Part shown: positions 1 through 10,055 of the stretch, one piece after another
Position numbering within the stretch: the first letter of the stretch is position 1
Layout of the letters: the number at the start of each line of letters is the position of its first letter
From: Deltaproteobacteria bacterium
GTDB taxonomy: Bacteria; Desulfobacterota; DSM-4660; Desulfatiglandales; HGW-15
Direction of reading: 5' to 3'
Length of the DNA: 64,000 nt
Assembly (NCBI GenBank): GCA_019310485.1
Contig: JAFDEF010000007.1
Location: 4,434 to 68,433, forward strand
Notes under the pieces: generated by a model
Database searches by the model: none
Told to the model about the DNA's origin: nothing
What the model saw: the letters and a program-made list of their open reading frames with translations, nothing else
Program-made: the position numbers and the translations under genes

Positions 1-77
1 TCTGATCCGACGCGGATTTCTTTTTTGCCCGCCCTGTAGGCAAGGTCTATATCTTCTCCGGTTAATACGTTCCTCAC
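1..77 (-). CDS. 5' end of an unidentified CDS that runs off the window (GTG start)
   Basis: Open minus-strand frame from GTG at 77 (VRNVLTGEDIDLAYRAGKKEIRVGS...) with GGAGG about 8 nt upstream. Too short to identify. Confidence 0.3.
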   Translation of the reverse strand, partial: MRNVLTGEDIDLAYRAGKKEIRVGS

Positions 78-216
78 GGGGAAACCTCCATTTGTGCGCA
101 AATGATCCCGGTCAGGGGGCTATAATAGTAAAATAGCTCAAAATGTAAAGCATAAACCTTGGCAGTAAGTGCATAGGAATCCGTGCAAAAATAAATTTTG
201 CTATTTGCACCTAGCC

Positions 217-1494
217 TCAGTAACCCATAAAAATCTTAGGCAGAATCATTGAAAACCAAGGTACGTATGTCACGACAAACAAAAAGCCGATCATGGTTAA
301 AATATAGGGCAAAATTGGCTTGATGATTGATGTCAACGGTATCTTTGCAATTCCCGAGGCAATAAACAAGGACAGGCCAAAAGGGGGCGTGGTGAATCCG
401 ATTCCAAGATTCATGACAACAAAGGTGCCGAAATGCACTGGATGAATTCCCAGTTTCACTGCCACAGGAAAAAGAATGGGAACTAGAATAACGACGGAGA
501 GAGAGGCATCGAAAAACATACCCATAGCCAAAAGAAGGATGTTTACCGCAAAGAGAAACATCCATTTGCCACCTGGAATACTGATCATGAAATTAGCGAG
601 TTTCAGTGGAACCTGTTCTTTTCCCATGACCCAGCCAAAACCGTATGAGATCCCAACTACGAACATCACCACGCCGGAGATCACGGCAGACTTCCAGAGG
701 ATTTCAGGGAGCTGGGAGAGCTTTATCTCTTTATAGAAAACTACGGAAAGAAAGAATCCGTAAATAACAGCAACGGCGGCAGCCTCTGTGGCGGTGAAAA
801 TGCCAAGGATGATCCCCCCCAGGATAATAACCCCCATAAACAAGGAGAGGAATGATCTCTTGAAGGCGACAAGAAGCTCAATGAAAGTGGCCCTTTTTTC
901 TTTGGGTAAGTTCTTTTTCCGGGCAATAATGTAAGTAAGAATCATGAGGATAATACCCATGCTGATTCCAGGGATGAAACCGGCCAGAAAAAGTGCCCCT
1001 ATTGATGTATTTGTGAGGCTCCCAAAGACTACCATCGTAAGACATGGGGGGATCAGAACACCCATGCCACCTGCTGCAGTGACGAGAGCAGCGGCGAAAT
1101 TAGGTGCATAACCTCTTTTTTTCATGGGGGGAATCATTACACTCCCGATGGCAGCGGTATCAGCCGCAGAAGAACCTGAGATATCGGAGAAAAAAATTGT
1201 AGCCACCATGACAACTATTCCCATGCCCCCCCTGATATGACCCACCAATGCATTTGAAAGATCCACTATGCGCTTGGAAATACCACCTGTTTCCATGAGC
1301 ATGCCTGCCAGGACAAACAGTGGAACAGCCAGATACGGAAAATGGGCTAGGCCGGAGAAAATCTTTTCCGGGAGAATTTCAAGTGGAATCCCACCTGCAA
1401 TTAGAGCTGCTGTTGTTCCCACTCCGATGGCAAAAACAATCGGTGCCCCTAAAACCAGGAGGAAGAAAAAAACAACAAAGAGGGTAATCGCCAT
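217..1494 (-). CDS. dctM: TRAP transporter large permease (DctM family)
   Basis: 425-aa polytopic membrane protein with a DctM-like sequence. It sits directly downstream of DctQ- and DctP-like genes on the same strand. Confidence 0.9.
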   Translation of the reverse strand: MAITLFVVFFFLLVLGAPIVFAIGVGTTAALIAGGIPLEILPEKIFSGLAHFPYLAVPLFVLAGMLMETGGISKRIVDLSNALVGHIRGGMGIVVMVATIFFSDISGSSAADTAAIGSVMIPPMKKRGYAPNFAAALVTAAGGMGVLIPPCLTMVVFGSLTNTSIGALFLAGFIPGISMGIILMILTYIIARKKNLPKEKRATFIELLVAFKRSFLSLFMGVIILGGIILGIFTATEAAAVAVIYGFFLSVVFYKEIKLSQLPEILWKSAVISGVVMFVVGISYGFGWVMGKEQVPLKLANFMISIPGGKWMFLFAVNILLLAMGMFFDASLSVVILVPILFPVAVKLGIHPVHFGTFVVMNLGIGFTTPPFGLSLFIASGIAKIPLTSIIKPILPYILTMIGFLFVVTYVPWFSMILPKIFMGY

Positions 1495-1499
1495 ATAGC

Positions 1500-1985
1500 C
1501 TAGTCCTTATCAGGTGTTCTTCTAAACAGTGCAATGGTTTGCACAATTATGTGGACGAGCATGATAAGAGCAGAGATTGGGAGCACTGCGTACACAAAAG
1601 AAACGGAATAGCCAAGTGCTGCAGTTCGCTGCATCTTCATCATGACCGTCAGTTTGTACCCATAAACCAGCAAAACCACCAACATAAAGATAATGGCAAA
1701 ATTAATGATGATCCTCGCGATTTTTTGTGCACTCTCAGGAAAGCGTGAGAAGAAAATATCCAGCCGGGGGTGTTCGTCGTAGCGCAAGCCAACACTGGCT
1801 CCCAGAAGGCACATCCAGGCAAAAGCAAAAGTTGACATTTCCTCCGACCAGTCAAGGGGTTGATCCAGTACATATCTGAACAACACTTCAAGAAAAACCA
1901 GCACTGAGATGCCGGCTGTAAGCATGCCTGAGGTATGCCTTACAAGTGTGTTAAGGCGTTCACTAAAGTGTTCCAGCCTGCTCAT
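1500..1985 (-). CDS. dctQ: TRAP transporter small permease (DctQ family)
   Basis: 161-aa protein with four predicted TM helices, placed between the DctP and DctM genes. This is the classic TRAP gene order. Confidence 0.85.
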   Translation of the reverse strand: MSRLEHFSERLNTLVRHTSGMLTAGISVLVFLEVLFRYVLDQPLDWSEEMSTFAFAWMCLLGASVGLRYDEHPRLDIFFSRFPESAQKIARIIINFAIIFMLVVLLVYGYKLTVMMKMQRTAALGYSVSFVYAVLPISALIMLVHIIVQTIALFRRTPDKD

Positions 1986-2063
1986 GCGATTCTAACCTCA
2001 CTTAGAAACTGGTCACTTGATCAGGGGACTCTCAAAAAAGGGGCCCCTGAAACAAATGTCTTT

Positions 2064-3065
2064 TCACTTTACAGCCTTGATCTGTCGTATAATGTCCGTG
2101 CCGACTTTCCTGGAATACTTGTCGCTCACGGACTGGGATGCCTTCCTGAAAGCATCAATATCTGCCACGTTAAAAAGCACCTTGTTTTCACGGACAAGTT
2201 TGCCGATTATTCGATAGTCTATATCTTTGGTGATTTTGACGCCCACGGGAATAACAGCTTTTGCTGTATCAAGTATGGCTCGCTGTACGTCAGCGGGGAG
2301 TGAGTCAAATTTTTTCTTGGACATGGTAAGAACAAAAGATTGGTATATATGATTGGTAATTGAAAAATAGGGGGCCACCTCATAATGTTTCATGATTTCA
2401 TAAGAGTATGGTTCAAGACCTGCTGCATCCAGGACGCCCTGCTGAAGAGCAGTGTATACTTCCCCGAAGTTCATGGGCACTGCTTTTGCTCCCCAGGAAT
2501 TGATGACATCAACGTAAAGGGGATTTTGAATGACCCTGTATTTCATTCCCGCCACATCCGAGGGTTTATAAATTGGCCTGTGCCTGTTGTAAATTCCCCG
2601 AAAACCAAGGTTCATACAGGCAAGAACCATTACTCCATGCTTTTCCATTTTCTTATTAATAGACTGGCCTATCGGACCATTCATCACTTTTATGGCGTGG
2701 TCAACGCTTCGATATAGAAACGGGATATCAATATACACCATTTGGGGTTCCCACAGTGCCAGAAGGGAGCTCTGCACAATGGCCATGTCAACTGTGCCGA
2801 TGATTTCGCCTTCTATCGTGTCTTTTTCACCGCCAAGCTGGCCAGAATGGTAAATTTTGATGTTCACCTTGTCGCCAATCTTGTCTTCGAGCATTTGCTT
2901 AAACTTCTTGGAAACAACGGTGTACACAAAAAACGGGGGAGCCTCATTTGCAAGCGACAGCTCTATCTTCTTTGCTCTTGCCTGGGGGGGGTGAACGCCA
3001 ACGGCAAAGGCTACTGAAATCAGGGCTACCGCGCACGACAAAAGAATTCTTCTTGCTTTTTTCAT
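2064..3065 (-). CDS. dctP: TRAP transporter periplasmic solute-binding protein (DctP family)
   Basis: 333 aa with an N-terminal signal peptide (MKKARRILLSCAVALISVAFA...ARA). First gene of the TRAP operon. Confidence 0.9.
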   Translation of the reverse strand: MKKARRILLSCAVALISVAFAVGVHPPQARAKKIELSLANEAPPFFVYTVVSKKFKQMLEDKIGDKVNIKIYHSGQLGGEKDTIEGEIIGTVDMAIVQSSLLALWEPQMVYIDIPFLYRSVDHAIKVMNGPIGQSINKKMEKHGVMVLACMNLGFRGIYNRHRPIYKPSDVAGMKYRVIQNPLYVDVINSWGAKAVPMNFGEVYTALQQGVLDAAGLEPYSYEIMKHYEVAPYFSITNHIYQSFVLTMSKKKFDSLPADVQRAILDTAKAVIPVGVKITKDIDYRIIGKLVRENKVLFNVADIDAFRKASQSVSDKYSRKVGTDIIRQIKAVK

Positions 3066-3257
3066 TTCCTATCCTCCATTCGTTAAAATGTTATTGATCA
3101 CACATATGCCAAGAGGTCAATAAACTTGCTTTTTTCACCTCCTTCCTAAGGGTAAGCACGCTTTTCTAGTTCAAATACCTGAAACATTTATAGGTAGGTG
3201 AAGCCAGGCTTAAATAAGCCGGGCCTCACGTTCCAGTTGTATGACAAGTCTTCATTC

Positions 3258-4064
3258 CTATGGTAGGATGGCTATGACCCTCACCGGGAAGCCTGTCGCT
3301 TTTTCTGCCTTCGGGACCCCCACAAAGACCAGGAAGTCCCTGGGAGGCAATTGGTCCAGGTTGTTGAGCATCTCGATTTGCCACAAATTCTTTCCCAGAA
3401 CGTATGACTCCAGGGGCCATCCCTTGTCAACACCACAGGTTATTCCACTGTCAGTGTCGGGGGTTTCATGACCGATTGCCCTTATCTTCCTCTTTTCAAC
3501 GAGGTACTGAAGGGCCTCCTTGCCCCAGCCGGGATAGTGCTTCTGCCCCTTCTTGTCTTTTGCAAAAAAAGCATTCGGGTCAGTCCATCGGTAGCTCCAG
3601 TCGGTTCTCAGCATTACCATGGAGCCTTCGGGAATCGGACCATATTTTTCCTCCCATTTTTTGACGTCTGATAGCTTAAGCTGGTAGTCAAAATTATTGA
3701 TGGCTTGTCTGGAGATGTCTATGACACATCCCGGAAGTACAAATTCATAAGGCGGAATTGCATCCACCAGTCTCATCCCCTTGTGAAAATGACCTGCTGC
3801 ATCCAGATGGGTTCCATATTGACCGGCGTGTGTGAAGATCTGGACAGCTCCACCGTATATTGACTTCCTTTTGGGCTTGGGAAGGCCTTCCGGAATAGGG
3901 ATGGAAGGGGAAAACGCGTGGGTCAAATCCACAAACTTATCTTTCGGGATCGAACTGATAGGCTTCCCCATTACAGTAGGGCCTTTTACCATGCTCATCC
4001 CACAACCGGAAAGGGCCAGGCACACTGCACCGATCAGGACTGAGTACATAATAGTGGTTTTCAT
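3258..4064 (-). CDS. Cyclase-family protein (kynurenine-formamidase-like), predicted lipoprotein
   Basis: Lipobox LALSGC near the N-terminus. Contains the motif HAGQYGTHLDAAGHFH, which resembles the HxGTHxDxPxH metal site of the putative-cyclase family. Confidence 0.75.
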   Translation of the reverse strand: MKTTIMYSVLIGAVCLALSGCGMSMVKGPTVMGKPISSIPKDKFVDLTHAFSPSIPIPEGLPKPKRKSIYGGAVQIFTHAGQYGTHLDAAGHFHKGMRLVDAIPPYEFVLPGCVIDISRQAINNFDYQLKLSDVKKWEEKYGPIPEGSMVMLRTDWSYRWTDPNAFFAKDKKGQKHYPGWGKEALQYLVEKRKIRAIGHETPDTDSGITCGVDKGWPLESYVLGKNLWQIEMLNNLDQLPPRDFLVFVGVPKAEKATGFPVRVIAILP

Positions 4065-4169
4065 TTTTTCATCCTCCTTCCGTTTATTAAAGTTCGGCGT
4101 TTTGTGTTGAACAGGTTACTGGTTAGCAAATGAACCTTTTCCCTCAAGCGTTTTGTTGGTGACGCCTGG

Positions 4170-4679
4170 TTAAGTTTTTCGCGGAGGCCAATCCCCAGGC
4201 TTCAAAAGGAGCCTTGACACAGTATCAAGACTCCCTCGCTTTTCTCTCGTTTTGGGAATCACACGATCCGCATTAATGCCCCATGCCGTACCGTAACTCA
4301 AAAGTTTATAAAATGCTTTGAGATCCCATGCCGGGTTATGCCCCTCTTCCCTTAAACGTTTGTATTCATCCAGAACCTCTGGGAACTTATATAGCACGAA
4401 CCAGTTGAGTCTTGCCTTTTCAGGTATGTCTGGGTTCTTTTCGTACCACAAGAAAACTCCTTGCTCTTTGGCGATTTTCTTTGCCTCCGGGAGAAGCTTT
4501 TCATAGTCTTCAGGGTAAAATGGCGGAGAGAACGCTATTTTTTTGCACTCATTGGCCAGACATTCGCAAAAGGCGGTTATCATCCCTAGGATAAAGGATT
4601 TTCTGTTAAAGCAATGAGAGTGTTGATTTTTTTTGCTCAATAGTTGGTCCTCAACACGTATAGAAGTAGTTTCATACAA
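4170..4679 (-). CDS. Hypothetical protein, last gene of the liv-type operon
   Basis: 169-aa ORF, co-directional with livF and 14 nt downstream of it. No motif recognised. Confidence 0.5.
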   Translation of the reverse strand: MYETTSIRVEDQLLSKKNQHSHCFNRKSFILGMITAFCECLANECKKIAFSPPFYPEDYEKLLPEAKKIAKEQGVFLWYEKNPDIPEKARLNWFVLYKFPEVLDEYKRLREEGHNPAWDLKAFYKLLSYGTAWGINADRVIPKTREKRGSLDTVSRLLLKPGDWPPRKT

Positions 4680-4692
4680 ACCCGTGCCAAGC

Positions 4693-5406
4693 CTAGCCTG
4701 TGGCGAGGTACGCTTTTTTCATCATTTCGTTATTAAGCAAGTTTTCTGCCTTGTCGTGCAAAACGATTTTTCCCAGTTGCAAAACGTAGCCGCGGTCTGC
4801 TATTGATAAAGCCATATTTGCGTTTTGCTCGACCACAAATATCGTGACACCTTCCCTATTTACCCTCTGAATGATTTCAAAGGAATTTTCAACCAGCACG
4901 GGCGCAAGCCCCATGGAGGGCTCATCCATCAGCAAAAGCTTGGGCCGCGACATGAGGGCTCGGCCCATAGCCAACATTTGCTGTTCTCCTCCACTAAGGG
5001 TCGCCCCGTATTGTTTGAGCCTTTCTTTGATTCTAGGAAAGAGGTTAAATACCCGCTCCATATCCTGGGATATACCCCTAGGGTCATTTCTGAGGTAAGC
5101 GCCCAGCTCCAGGTTTTCAAGAACAGTGAGCCTGGGAAAGATTCTTCTATTTTCTGGCACTATCGACACACCCCTTTGCACAATCTTCCCGGTGGGGAGG
5201 CCGCTTATTTTATCTCCCATAAACTCCACTCTTCCCCGGGCCGGCTTCACGACACCTAGGATGGTTTTAAGGGTAGTTGATTTGCCGGAAGCATTCCCGC
5301 CCAACAGGCAAACCAGTTCTTTTTCTTCAATATGAACCTGGATATCTTCAAGAGCCTGGATTTTCCCGTAAAAAACGTCGACATCTATGAGTTCTAGGAT
5401 CCTCAC
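4693..5406 (-). CDS. livF: Branched-chain amino-acid ABC transporter ATP-binding protein (LivF type)
   Basis: Walker A (GGNASGKST), ABC signature (LSGGEQQ) and Walker B (LLLMDEP). Confidence 0.9.
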   Translation of the reverse strand: MRILELIDVDVFYGKIQALEDIQVHIEEKELVCLLGGNASGKSTTLKTILGVVKPARGRVEFMGDKISGLPTGKIVQRGVSIVPENRRIFPRLTVLENLELGAYLRNDPRGISQDMERVFNLFPRIKERLKQYGATLSGGEQQMLAMGRALMSRPKLLLMDEPSMGLAPVLVENSFEIIQRVNREGVTIFVVEQNANMALSIADRGYVLQLGKIVLHDKAENLLNNEMMKKAYLATG

Positions 5407-5409
5407 TTG

Positions 5410-7281
5410 TTATACTCGCCCCTTTTTGCGCCCCAGATAGGCCTGCACAACGTATTCATTGTCGGCAACTTCGTCATATGACCCTTCGGCTATCTTTTTA
5501 CCGTAGTCAAGGGCGATCACTCGGTCTGAGATTGTTCTTACCACGTTAAGCTTGTGTTCGATAATAATAAAAGTGTACCCGTACTTGTCACGAAGATTTC
5601 TTATAAAGCGAGTTATCTCTTCGGTCTCCTTGGGATTCATTCCGGCCGAGGGTTCATCGAGAAGAATCAGGCGAGAGTCAGTGGCAAGGGCTCTGGCTAT
5701 CTCCAGCCGACGCCTGTTGGCGTAAGAAAGGTTGATTGCTTTTTGCTTGTACCTGAAACCTGTAAGCCTGGCACCAAAAAGGCCAAGGTTTTCCTTGGCA
5801 ACCCTTTCGATTCTTTCTTCTTCTTTCAGAAAACCCGGCAACCTGAAAAGTATGCTGAAAAGTCCCGACTTTGTTCTGCAGTGCTGGGCAACCATAGCGT
5901 TTTCGAGCACGGTCATGTTGGTAAAAAGCCTAAGGGTTTGAAAGGTTCTTGCAACCCCTTTTTCTACCACTTTATGGGGTTTTAAACCCGTGATTTCTTT
6001 CCCATCAAAGATTATGTGTCCGCTTGTCGGAGGATATATGCCTGTTATCAGGTTGAAAACAGTGGTTTTGCCAGCCCCATTCGGGCCAATGATGCTCAGG
6101 ATTTCCCCTTCGTACACTTTTAGAGAAAGTCTGTCCACTGCGTGGAGACCGCCAAAGATCATTGTTAGGTCTTTCAGCTCCAGTAACACTCGATCTTTGT
6201 TAAGTTTTCCTTTTTTGAGTGGCTTTACAAAATCGTGGCTTCCGTCTCCGTAAAAAAGTTCTTCTGCTGCCTTAAGGGTCTCCGGTTCCTCGACTTCCTT
6301 TTTCTTGCGCTTGGGCCTGAGGCTTATCTCGCCCAGTATGCCCTGGGGTCTGAGGGCCATCAATACCACCAGCAAAAGCCCGTACCCTATCATCCTGAAA
6401 GCCCCATACTCTCTAAGCGCCTCCGGCAAAATCGAGAGAATAATAGCGGCAAGAATGACGCCCCAGATATTGCCAACCCCCCCCAGAATGAGCATGCAGT
6501 AAACAGTTACCAGTTGAGAGAACCCAAAGTTATTTGGAAAAACACCTCCCTGCCATGATGCAAATACAGCCCCCGCACCTCCGGCGATTGAAGCCCCGAT
6601 TCCAAAGGCAAGAAGTTTCATGTAGGTGGTATTCACGCCCATGGCGTCAGCGGCAAGCTCGTCTTCACGCAAAGCTTCCCAACCCCTGCCCAGCCTGGAA
6701 CGCTTGAGCCTGTAAGAAGCAAGAATTACCAGGAGGGCAAAAAACATGACGAGGTAGTAATATTGAGTGACAGTTCTGAAAGTAAACCCGAATATGTGGG
6801 CAAAGTCCAGGTCAGGGAGGCCATTCGGGCCGCCGGTAATATTAATTGGGCGATCTAAGTTCAAAAGCAGGAGCCGGACGATTTCAGCAAACCCCAGGGT
6901 CACGATGGCCAGATAATCTCCTGATACTCTCAAAGATGTGAACCCCAGACCCCAGCCACACGCTGACGCTGCAAGTGCACAAATCGGAACAACAAGCCAG
7001 AAGGGTAGATGGATATTCCAGTGTCCGGAGCAGAGCAGCGCATAGGTGTATCCGCCTATAGCGTAAAAGGCAACATAGCCAAGGTCAAGAAGCCCCGCGA
7101 AACCCGCAACCACGTTCAAACCAAGAGAAAGCATTATCCAGAGTCCTGCATTCCCGGCAATGCGTATCCAGTAATTATTCGGCATTATCCAGGGAATAAC
7201 TACTACCACAGCGAGTATAAGAACGAGGCTTTGGAGAGGAATATCACCGATTTTTTTTTGGCCTAAGCTTGAAAGTGCCAC
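5410..7281 (-). CDS. Fused LivM-type permease and LivG-type ATPase
   Basis: 623 aa. The N-terminal ~330 aa are polytopic and LivM-like. A Lys/Glu-rich linker follows, then an ATPase with GPNGAGKTT and the signature region LSYANRRRLEIARAL. Confidence 0.85.
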   Translation of the reverse strand: MALSSLGQKKIGDIPLQSLVLILAVVVVIPWIMPNNYWIRIAGNAGLWIMLSLGLNVVAGFAGLLDLGYVAFYAIGGYTYALLCSGHWNIHLPFWLVVPICALAASACGWGLGFTSLRVSGDYLAIVTLGFAEIVRLLLLNLDRPINITGGPNGLPDLDFAHIFGFTFRTVTQYYYLVMFFALLVILASYRLKRSRLGRGWEALREDELAADAMGVNTTYMKLLAFGIGASIAGGAGAVFASWQGGVFPNNFGFSQLVTVYCMLILGGVGNIWGVILAAIILSILPEALREYGAFRMIGYGLLLVVLMALRPQGILGEISLRPKRKKKEVEEPETLKAAEELFYGDGSHDFVKPLKKGKLNKDRVLLELKDLTMIFGGLHAVDRLSLKVYEGEILSIIGPNGAGKTTVFNLITGIYPPTSGHIIFDGKEITGLKPHKVVEKGVARTFQTLRLFTNMTVLENAMVAQHCRTKSGLFSILFRLPGFLKEEERIERVAKENLGLFGARLTGFRYKQKAINLSYANRRRLEIARALATDSRLILLDEPSAGMNPKETEEITRFIRNLRDKYGYTFIIIEHKLNVVRTISDRVIALDYGKKIAEGSYDEVADNEYVVQAYLGRKKGRV

Positions 7282-7283
7282 CT

Positions 7284-8219
7284 TTAAACCTTTTCCGGTG
7301 CTTTTTCACCCAGAATTCCCCAGGGTCTTATGAGGAGAACCAGGATAAGAATGATGAATGAGACAACGTCCTTGTAAGTGGAAGAAATTAGTGTAGTAGC
7401 AAGGCTTTCTACAATTCCCAGGATAAAACCACCGACCATGGCACCGGGTATGCTGCCGATGCCTCCGAGTACTGCAGCTGTAAATCCCTTGAGCCCTGCC
7501 ACATATCCGACATAGTAATCCACCTGCGTGAAGAGAAGGCCAACCAATGCACCTGCCGCTCCTCCAAGCGCCGAGCCAATTAAAAAGGTAAGCAAGATGA
7601 TTCGGTTTACGTCAATGCCCATAAACGTGGCTGCCTCGGTGTCTTGCGCCGTAGCGCGCATTGCCTTCCCCATTTTGGTCTCTTTTACAAACCAGGTTAG
7701 AATCGCCATCAAACCGATAGATACACCGATAACCAGAAGCCTCATGAAGGAAATGACGGTTCCGCCAATGTGAAACACTTGTATTGACTTGGGAATCAGT
7801 GCTGATGTGTGAAAGAAGCGAATCTTCGCTCCCTGAAGGTTAAGTACGAGGTTACGTAGTACGATGGTAACGCCAAGAGCACTTAGCAGCAGGTTCATAC
7901 GCGGGGCATTTCTAAGGGGCCTGTAGGCAAACCGCTCAATACCCATTCCCAGCGCACCTGTCAGGGCCATGGCAAATAGGATCATCAGGATTATGACAAT
8001 AAAACCATTTAGTAGCAGCCCACCTGAAGAGTTGGTCAACAGGTGAAGCACCCACCACCCTGTGAATCCGCCTATCATATAAACTTCGCCATGGGCGAAG
8101 TTCAGCATGAACAGAATGCCATAGACCATGGTGTAGCCAATGGCTATAAGAGCGTAAACCCCACCTACGGTGACACCATTAATCAGTTGCTGGGGAATCT
8201 GCTGAAGTATTTGATCCAT
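7284..8219 (-). CDS. livH: Branched-chain amino-acid ABC transporter permease (LivH type)
   Basis: Polytopic LivH-like protein. The ORF extends to 8285, but the ATG at 8219 (MDQILQQIPQQLINGVTVGGVYALIAIG) matches typical LivH N-termini better. Confidence 0.85.
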   Translation of the reverse strand: MDQILQQIPQQLINGVTVGGVYALIAIGYTMVYGILFMLNFAHGEVYMIGGFTGWWVLHLLTNSSGGLLLNGFIVIILMILFAMALTGALGMGIERFAYRPLRNAPRMNLLLSALGVTIVLRNLVLNLQGAKIRFFHTSALIPKSIQVFHIGGTVISFMRLLVIGVSIGLMAILTWFVKETKMGKAMRATAQDTEAATFMGIDVNRIILLTFLIGSALGGAAGALVGLLFTQVDYYVGYVAGLKGFTAAVLGGIGSIPGAMVGGFILGIVESLATTLISSTYKDVVSFIILILVLLIRPWGILGEKAPEKV

Positions 8220-8352
8220 GCTTTCCAGTTTTTCGGCATATACAAAATGGGAAAGATAAGAGAACCAGTCCCTTATCTTTCCCACTTGTTTCTGTCAAGG
8301 GCCTCATCCATTCAGCTGCTTTTCTCGATTCCCAGGAAAAGCCCTGAAGCGC

Positions 8353-9513
8353 CTACATACCCTTAGCCACCTTGACAAGTTTGAAATCTCCTCCTACGAC
8401 TTTGAAAATATAGGTGGCGCCACCAAGGAGGTCGCCCTTTTTATCAAAAGTTATGGGGAACCCAAGGATGCCCCTGTAGTTCTTGGTTTGAGCCATGTAT
8501 TTCATGACTTCCTTGCGGGTTATGTCGCCGTCTGCAGCAGCTTTTTCCATGGCATTAAGAAGGATGTTCGTGGCATCATAGGCAGGGGGGCCGAATCCGC
8601 TCAGGCTTCCATACTTGCTCTCGTAAACCTTTACGTAGTGAGCAGCCTCGGGGATCTTGTAGATATCGGGGGCAAAGTGATTCAGGTAAGCCCCTTCGGC
8701 AGCGCCTTCGGAAGCCTGTATAAAGTCCTTTTTGTCCTTGGCACCTTCCGAGCCAAAATAGATGGCCTTGATTCCCAGTTCCCTCATCTGCCGAACCATG
8801 ACGGCATGATCAGGTGCTGTCTTGGCTCCCACAACAAGCACATCGGGGTTCTTGGCCTTTACACGGGTCAGGACAGAAGAGTAGTCTTTTGCGCTGGCAA
8901 CGATCGTATCCCTCCAAATCTTTTTGACACCCAGCTTTTTCAAGGTTGCAACCACCTGGTCGGCATAGCCCTGCGAGTAAGTATCCTTGGTATTCAGCAC
9001 GTATACGCTCTTGGCTTTCAGATCCTCGGCAATGAAATGTCCTACAGCAGGCCCGTGGGCATCATCCCTCGCATTGACCCTGAAGAAGTGATGGTATCCC
9101 TTCTCGGTCAGGTCAGGTCTTGATGCAGCCGTTGTGATACAGGTAAGGTTGCATTGAGCATACATCCTGAGCGTTGCCTCAGCGACATTACTCATGGGGG
9201 GGCCAATCACACCGTACATGGTTTTGTCAGCGCAAAATTTCTCAGCCACATTTACACCCTGCGCTGCATCACCTGCATCGTCGCCCATAACCAGTTTCAC
9301 CTTTACTCCCTTTATGCCGCCGGCAGCATTTTTCTCATCAACCGCAATCTTTATAGAATTAAAGATTTCCATGCCGGGCGCTGCAGCAGGGCCGGTAAAG
9401 GGGCCGGCAGCGCCTATGCTTAAACCTTTTGAAACATCAGCTGCGTAACCATTGATTGTTGAAAAAGCAATAATTAAGCAAACACTTAGACCCAACAAAA
9501 GAACCTTTTTCAT
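8353..9513 (-). CDS. livK: Periplasmic amino-acid-binding protein (LivK/LivJ family)
   Basis: 386 aa with a signal peptide and a type-I periplasmic binding-protein sequence. First gene of the liv operon, with AGGAGG upstream. Confidence 0.9.
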   Translation of the reverse strand: MKKVLLLGLSVCLIIAFSTINGYAADVSKGLSIGAAGPFTGPAAAPGMEIFNSIKIAVDEKNAAGGIKGVKVKLVMGDDAGDAAQGVNVAEKFCADKTMYGVIGPPMSNVAEATLRMYAQCNLTCITTAASRPDLTEKGYHHFFRVNARDDAHGPAVGHFIAEDLKAKSVYVLNTKDTYSQGYADQVVATLKKLGVKKIWRDTIVASAKDYSSVLTRVKAKNPDVLVVGAKTAPDHAVMVRQMRELGIKAIYFGSEGAKDKKDFIQASEGAAEGAYLNHFAPDIYKIPEAAHYVKVYESKYGSLSGFGPPAYDATNILLNAMEKAAADGDITRKEVMKYMAQTKNYRGILGFPITFDKKGDLLGGATYIFKVVGGDFKLVKVAKGM

Positions 9514-10055
9514 TTTGACGCCTCCTTTGGTTAAGAAATGAAAGGGTTAAAGCAAACTATATCCCACCTCCTTTCTGGTACGGATCTAGAAGTTCTCCAT
9601 TATTAATGGTCATTTTAAACCCAAAATCAATCTTAACTATGCAATTTTGCAGATCAAAACTCCAGTCCCCACAAATTTCATGGGAGGAAAAAAATGTCAA
9701 GAAATTTTTCCCTCATCCATGTCAATTATTTTATAGTTTGCTAGAATGCCTCGGATTGGTTCCTCCTTTGATAGCACTTATAATGAAAGTGTCAATTGCC
9801 CGGGGAGACTCAAGAGATTTCCATTCCTTGTCAGGGCGGTGGATTTGTGCTCTTTTCACGTGTTCTTGAATTTTCCAGTTTACTATGTTAGGTGTCGACC
9901 GGTTATAGAAGCAGAACATATGCTATGCTGGAAAAGTTATTTCAGTGTTTGGTGCTTCCCATATTTTGAGCAATAAGCGCGAAAGAGGAGTTAGGAGATA
10001 TATTTGTGGCGAACTCATTGAAAGTTGCTGTGAGTAAAAATAGAAAGAGGCGGGT

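Noticed and set aside
9731-9919. 62-aa minus-strand ORF in the 540-bp livK-FAH intergenic region, considered as a possible integrase, toxin or transposase remnant
   Set aside because: I could not align any diagnostic motif from memory. The region more likely holds the divergent promoters. It would need a BLASTX search to revisit.
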